Of a stretch of 30,435 nt of DNA, positions 25,842-30,435 are shown in pieces. Numbering within the stretch: the first letter of the stretch is position 1; every line of letters begins with the position of its first letter. Location of the stretch: contig JAEOTS010000189.1 of the NCBI GenBank assembly GCA_016839745.1, forward strand, positions 1 through 30,435. The letters run 5' to 3'. This stretch comes from Promethearchaeota archaeon (GTDB taxonomy: Archaea > Asgardarchaeota > Lokiarchaeia > Sigyniarchaeales > SOKP01). The notes under the pieces are model-generated. The model was not told the origin of the DNA. It searched no databases and was given only the letters and a program-made list of their open reading frames with translations. Made by a program: the position numbers and the translations under genes.

Positions 25842-27053
25842 TTGACAACGACTAAGGAAAAGAGAAAAGAGAAAGAAAGTAGTAAAGATGAAGAGTATTT
25901 AATCACTTACACAAGGCATTTAGAAAAAAGATTAAGAAATCTAGAAACTGAAAAGCAACTATTAGATGCTGAGCGTTTAAGACTAGAGCAAGAATTAAAC
26001 AGTTTAAGAAATGAAATTGATAGATTAAGAGAACCTCCATTAGTTTCGGCTACTGTAATTGATATGTTAGAAGACACGGGGAAAGTTATAGTAAAAAGTT
26101 CCACTGGCCCTAGTTTTGTTGTTAACCCCAGTAGAAAAGTTAAAAATGAAAATTTAACTCCAGGAATGCGAGTCGCTTTAAATCAAAGAACTTTCGCAAT
26201 AATGGAAATTTTACCGACTAAATTAGATCCATTTGTGAAAGGTATGGAAGTAATAGATGAAATCCCAGATCTCTCTTACGAGGATGTAGGTGGATTAGAT
26301 GACCAGATAGTAGAGGTAAGAGAAACTGTGGAATTACCTTTGTTAAAGCCAGAATTGTTTAAAAAAATAGGAATTGATCCTCCTAAAGGAGTTTTACTAT
26401 ACGGCCCCCCAGGTACAGGTAAAACGTTAGTAGCAAAAGCAGTTGCGCATGAAACTGAAGCTACATTTATTAGAATAATTGGTTCAGAGTTAGTTCAAAA
26501 GTTTATTGGAGAAGGCGCTCGTTTAGTAAGAGAAATATTCAATTTAGCAAAACAAAAAGCCCCTACTATCTTATTTATTGATGAATTAGACGCAATTGGA
26601 TCTCAAAGATTAAAAATCGCAACATCTGGAGACAGAGAAGTTCAGAGGACTTTAATGCAATTATTAAGCGAATTAGACGGATTCGAACAAAGGGGAGACG
26701 TAAAAATAATTGGTGCGACTAATCGAATTGATATATTAGATCCTGCTTTGTTAAGACCTGGTAGGTTTGACCGAATGATTGATTTTCCAATCCCAGATGA
26801 GGAAGCAAGAAACTCGATCTTTAAAATCCACACAAGAGGTTTAACTGTCGAGGGAGAAGTTAATTTTAAAAAACTAGTTGAATTAACTGAGGGAGCAACT
26901 GGAGCAGATATTAAAGCAATTTGTACTGAAGCTGGAATGTTTGCAATAAGGAAAGAAGCAGACCAGATAGTTAAAGATGATTTTATTGAAGCTGTTAATA
27001 AAGTTATGAACAAAATAAAAGATAAGGCTATTCAATCAAGGATGTATACTTAA
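25842..27053 (+). CDS. pan: Proteasome-activating nucleotidase
   Basis: Coiled coil + [29 protein letters not shown]-terminal HbYX (MYT). Confidence 0.98.
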   Translation: MTTTKEKRKEKESSKDEEYLITYTRHLEKRLRNLETEKQLLDAERLRLEQELNSLRNEIDRLREPPLVSATVIDMLEDTGKVIVKSSTGPSFVVNPSRKVKNENLTPGMRVALNQRTFAIMEILPTKLDPFVKGMEVIDEIPDLSYEDVGGLDDQIVEVRETVELPLLKPELFKKIGIDPPKGVLLYGPPGTGKTLVAKAVAHETEATFIRIIGSELVQKFIGEGARLVREIFNLAKQKAPTILFIDELDAIGSQRLKIATSGDREVQRTLMQLLSELDGFEQRGDVKIIGATNRIDILDPALLRPGRFDRMIDFPIPDEEARNSIFKIHTRGLTVEGEVNFKKLVELTEGATGADIKAICTEAGMFAIRKEADQIVKDDFIEAVNKVMNKIKDKAIQSRMYT

Positions 27054-27109
27054 CCATCTTCTTTGCAATAATCCATTTTTATTTCAATGTTAATTGTACA
27101 GAAACCAAT

Positions 27110-27601
27110 ATGGAAACTAAACTAATATTTGCTTTAAGAAAAGCAAAGGCTATTTCTGATTACCAATTTGGCCAATCGATAACTGATATTCTGTTTGAAG
27201 ATGAAGATGAAATTCATTTTGAATTTTCTAAAAACACCGGCAAAATGAAGCATGTGTATTATAAAGACAAAATTCTGCTAAATTTAAGACCAACTAATGG
27301 ATTTTTTACATTGAGTTTATTCTCCGCTGATAAAATAATTAAAAACATTCCACCGCCAAAATTGAGAGCAATAGTAATGAATGAGATATCTGAATTCATT
27401 AGAATAGGTCGTAATGTCTTTTGTAAACATGTTATAGAGATAGATGATAATTTAAGAGCCTCTGACGAGATTATTGTTGTTAATCAAGAAAATGAAATTT
27501 TAGCGATTGGAAAGTTAATGATCCCAGTCCCGTATGTTCGAAGTTTTAAAACGGGAGTTGCGATAAAAGTTCGGAAAGGCATGGTTACATCAAAATTATA
27601 A
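27110..27601 (+). CDS. PUA-domain protein resembling the C-terminal C2/PUA part of archaeosine tRNA-guanine transglycosylase
   Basis: DYQFG, SKNTGK, GRNVFCKHV, GVAIKVRKG. Confidence 0.8.
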   Translation: METKLIFALRKAKAISDYQFGQSITDILFEDEDEIHFEFSKNTGKMKHVYYKDKILLNLRPTNGFFTLSLFSADKIIKNIPPPKLRAIVMNEISEFIRIGRNVFCKHVIEIDDNLRASDEIIVVNQENEILAIGKLMIPVPYVRSFKTGVAIKVRKGMVTSKL

Positions 27602-27631
27602 AATTTAATAGATAATTATAATATACATAGT

Positions 27632-28129
27632 TTGGAGTTGTTGAAAAAAATGGTTAAATTACCTAAAGAGATGCAAAAAAAGGAAAAGAGCAAACCAACG
27701 CGTCCACAAGCAACAAAAAAGAGAGAAGGACAGCAGTTTGCATCAAGACAGATGCGTCGTCGAATGCAACAACAAGGAATTGATATGGAACAAATTAACG
27801 CTACACGAGTAATAATAGAAAGTCATGAAAATACTCTCGTAATCGATCAACCTGAAGTCGTTTTAATGAAACAAATGGGACAAGAGATTTATCAAGTAAT
27901 AGGTGAAGCAGAGGAATATTCTGCAGGGGAAGTTCAAATTGGAGAAAAGGAAGAAGGAGAAGAAGGAGATGTTATCGAAGATTCTGGAGCTAAACTGGTT
28001 ATTACCGAAAATGATATAATGTTAGTGGCAGCTCAAGCAAATGTAGATAAAGAAGAAGCGAATGCTGCGTTAATTGATAGTGAAGGAGATATTGCGAAGG
28101 CTATTTTATTTTTGAAAAATAAACCTTAA
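27632..28129 (+). CDS. nac: Nascent polypeptide-associated complex protein
   Basis: RQMRRRMQQQGI, YQVIG, UBA-like ITENDIMLVA...GDIAKAI; ATG at 27650 is a likely start. Confidence 0.93.
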   Translation: MELLKKMVKLPKEMQKKEKSKPTRPQATKKREGQQFASRQMRRRMQQQGIDMEQINATRVIIESHENTLVIDQPEVVLMKQMGQEIYQVIGEAEEYSAGEVQIGEKEEGEEGDVIEDSGAKLVITENDIMLVAAQANVDKEEANAALIDSEGDIAKAILFLKNKP

Positions 28130-28213
28130 TATCTTGAATTGTATTTATAGAAAAAATAAGAATTAAGAATCATTAACCATTCAATTTTTTATAATTAGTG
28201 TGGTAAGAAAGAT

Positions 28214-28567
28214 ATGTCAAAAGTAAAGAAAAAACCTACGAGGTTACCAGGAGGATTATCCCAAGAGGAAATCGTATTAGAGAAAGTAATATATTTTTCA
28301 GGTTGGATTTTTTTAATTGCTTTGATGCTATTATTAAGTGCGTTTTTTATTTTTGACTCGCTACTAGATTTAATTGAATTAGAGTTAAATGCGTCGACAT
28401 TTACATTAATAATTTTCACTGGAACAAATTCAGCAATTAGCTTTGCGCTAGCGACACGAGTTAAAAAAAATAGAGATCAAAAAAAGAAATTGTTCATTGA
28501 TTGGCTACTGGGCGAATTTATATTTTGTATGATTGCAATTTTTGTTGTTGCTGCTTACCAGTGGTAA
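28214..28567 (+). CDS. Hypothetical membrane protein (~3 TM)
   Basis: Three hydrophobic segments. Confidence 0.7.
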   Translation: MSKVKKKPTRLPGGLSQEEIVLEKVIYFSGWIFLIALMLLLSAFFIFDSLLDLIELELNASTFTLIIFTGTNSAISFALATRVKKNRDQKKKLFIDWLLGEFIFCMIAIFVVAAYQW

Positions 28568-28600
28568 TTGTTTTTTATTTCCATTTATAATTGCACAAAT

Positions 28601-28939
28601 TTATTTATAATCCTCTCTTGAAGGACTAAACACATCTATTACTTCCGAATCTTCCAATATTTTAGCCCCATGTTTTTCGTTTGATTCAAAAACATAACTA
28701 TCTCCTTCTTCAGCCAAAAATTCTTTATTTTCGGTAAAAAATTGTAATTTTCCTTTAATAATGTATCCGATTTGATGTTCCTTATGTGAATGGAGGGGGA
28801 CATTAGAATTTTTATCGAGAATAAAATGGCATAACATCATGTTATCGTTATAAATTAGAGTTTTTCGATAAATTCCTGGCAAAGCTTCTATGGAATTGAC
28901 AGAGCTTTTATTTACGGGATTTTTTTTCATTTCAGACAC
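28601..28939 (-). CDS. Cupin-domain protein
   Basis: PLHSH.EHQIGY..KG, GDSY..SNEKH, DVFSP.REDY. Confidence 0.92.
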   Translation of the reverse strand: MSEMKKNPVNKSSVNSIEALPGIYRKTLIYNDNMMLCHFILDKNSNVPLHSHKEHQIGYIIKGKLQFFTENKEFLAEEGDSYVFESNEKHGAKILEDSEVIDVFSPSREDYK

Positions 28940-29347
28940 TTAAATAACTTGATTTCATCTGTTTTTTCTTTAAATATTCTCGTAGTTGATAATTTTTAAA
29001 TTTTACATTAATCGTTTGAAAATTACAAAACCAGTAAAGACGACAATTTTAAGTTTACGAGTAAAATAACGAGATTAAAGGTAACACAACCGGACTTATA
29101 GGTGAAACTATGGAATTTTCTGTGGATTTCTTAACTGGTTTATTAGATTATGAATAGAAAGTTAATAGATTAAGTTTATATTGGAAAAAAAAAATACATT
29201 TTTATATCAAAAGAGGCAAAGTATTAACGAGAATATATATTATTTAAAGCTATTATTTCGGTCAATTAAACCGACAAAAATCTTTGGATTTTATAATAGT
29301 AATATGCCGTTATCACTTCGGTAGAAGTTGCAAATTAAAATAATTGA

Positions 29348-30435
29348 ATGATTAAAATGGTTTTAACTCCAGAGTCTGAAATAACTAAAGAAAAAAATAT
29401 GTTAGAAAGTGGATTTTTAAAAAATTTACTACCAAGAGTTTCACGAACAGAGGGCGATGTAGTACCCTTTGACCCAATAAAAATAAAGGAAAGTATTATT
29501 GGCGAAACGGGGTTAGATTTAGAATCTGCTGACAGAATTACTCGGTTAGTTGTGAGAAGAATTATTTCTTCCAATATTACCTTTCTTTCAGGACCACATA
29601 TTAGGGAAATTGTGTGCTCGATATTATCAGAAGAACACTACGAAGACGAGCGTAAGCTATATACAAGAATAGGTATGCCGTTAATGGATTATGAAGCGAT
29701 ATTAGAGAGAGGTGTTAATGAAAACGCTAACCAAGATTTAAACCCCGAAAGCATTCACCATTGGGCTGCAAATAGAATTTCTGATGAATACGCCCTCTTA
29801 AGGATTTTAGACTCAGAAGAAGCGCACGCTCATTTATATGGGGATATCCACGTACATATGCTAAGATACTTCGATTTAAGGCCTTTTTGTCAGGAATGGG
29901 ATCCCCGCATGGTCCTCGAGCACGGACTTCCTCCCGTGAATAGCTGGGCACATTGTAGTCGATCGGGTCCAGCTGGAAGCTTAAGGGTAGCTGTAACGCA
30001 TCTAGCCAAATGGTTAGGGACCATACAAGGCGAATTTTCAGGAGGTCAGGGGTATGATTATATTACTACATTCCTCGCTCCTTATGCAAAAGGACTTTCC
30101 GCAAGAGAAATTGAACAATCTATGCAATGTTTAATATTTGAGACAAACCAGATTTTTGCAGCGAGAGGGGGTCAGGTACCTTTCACTTCAATTTCGTGCA
30201 CCCCCACGGTGCCTGAAGGATTGTTAACCATTGCTGCTATTGGGCCCCACGGTAAAATCATTGGTAAATATGGTGATTATAAAGACGAGTGCCTAAAACT
30301 TTTTGACGCTCTCACCGATGTTTATATTCATGGAGACTACGACGGAAAGTTGTTTGCGTTTCCAAAACACGAAATAAAGATTAAAAAGGAGTGGCTTAAA
30401 GAGTTCGAACCGTCTTACATTAAATTAATGGAAGA
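29348..30435 (+). CDS. nrdD: Anaerobic (class III) ribonucleoside-triphosphate reductase with N-terminal ATP cone; 3'-truncated by the window
   Basis: Not in the ORF track. Translation from ATG 29348/29357 gives VSRTEGDVVPFD..KI, LSGPHIREIV, YTRIG, ENAN, HLYGDIHVH, FSGGQG. Confidence 0.92.
   Translation, partial: MIKMVLTPESEITKEKNMLESGFLKNLLPRVSRTEGDVVPFDPIKIKESIIGETGLDLESADRITRLVVRRIISSNITFLSGPHIREIVCSILSEEHYEDERKLYTRIGMPLMDYEAILERGVNENANQDLNPESIHHWAANRISDEYALLRILDSEEAHAHLYGDIHVHMLRYFDLRPFCQEWDPRMVLEHGLPPVNSWAHCSRSGPAGSLRVAVTHLAKWLGTIQGEFSGGQGYDYITTFLAPYAKGLSAREIEQSMQCLIFETNQIFAARGGQVPFTSISCTPTVPEGLLTIAAIGPHGKIIGKYGDYKDECLKLFDALTDVYIHGDYDGKLFAFPKHEIKIKKEWLKEFEPSYIKLME

Noticed and set aside
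172-29951. Short antisense or overlapping ORFs in the track (e.g. 615-947, 9153-9581, 18557-18982, 26642-27013, 29335-29574, 29727-29951)
   Set aside because: They shadow well-supported genes and have no motifs; the last two are antisense to nrdD.
1-30435. CRISPR array, rRNA, transposase or integrase
   Set aside because: No regularly spaced repeats, rRNA-like stretch or recombinase motifs were seen.

Overview
AT-rich archaeal chromosomal window. Gene content points to an Asgard archaeon, probably Lokiarchaeia-like (inferred): roadblock-Rab GTPase fusion, longin-like protein, OST5/TMEM258-like protein, PolD and unsplit RpoB. Most of the window is core information-processing genes: rtcB, archease, a NusA paralog, carS, cdc6/orc1, PolD DP1/DP2, thiL, cbf5, rpoH-rpoB, tfe, mbf1, pan, a PUA protein, NAC and a partial nrdD. 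There are three tRNAs: Leu-GAG, Thr-CGT with a canonical 37/38 intron, and Lys-TTT with a D-loop intron. The most unusual locus is 14781-15938. An intact tRNA-Lys with a 15/16 intron is followed by one HTH/zinc-ribbon/PD-(D/E)XK endonuclease gene. After that comes a second copy of the tRNA-Lys 3' half carrying its own BHB-type T-loop (59/60) intron, which the intact gene lacks. It looks like a ~1 kb integrase-less tRNA-targeted element whose insertion exchanged the tRNA 3' half and so changed its intron content. All protein calls are from motif recognition by eye; no searches were run.
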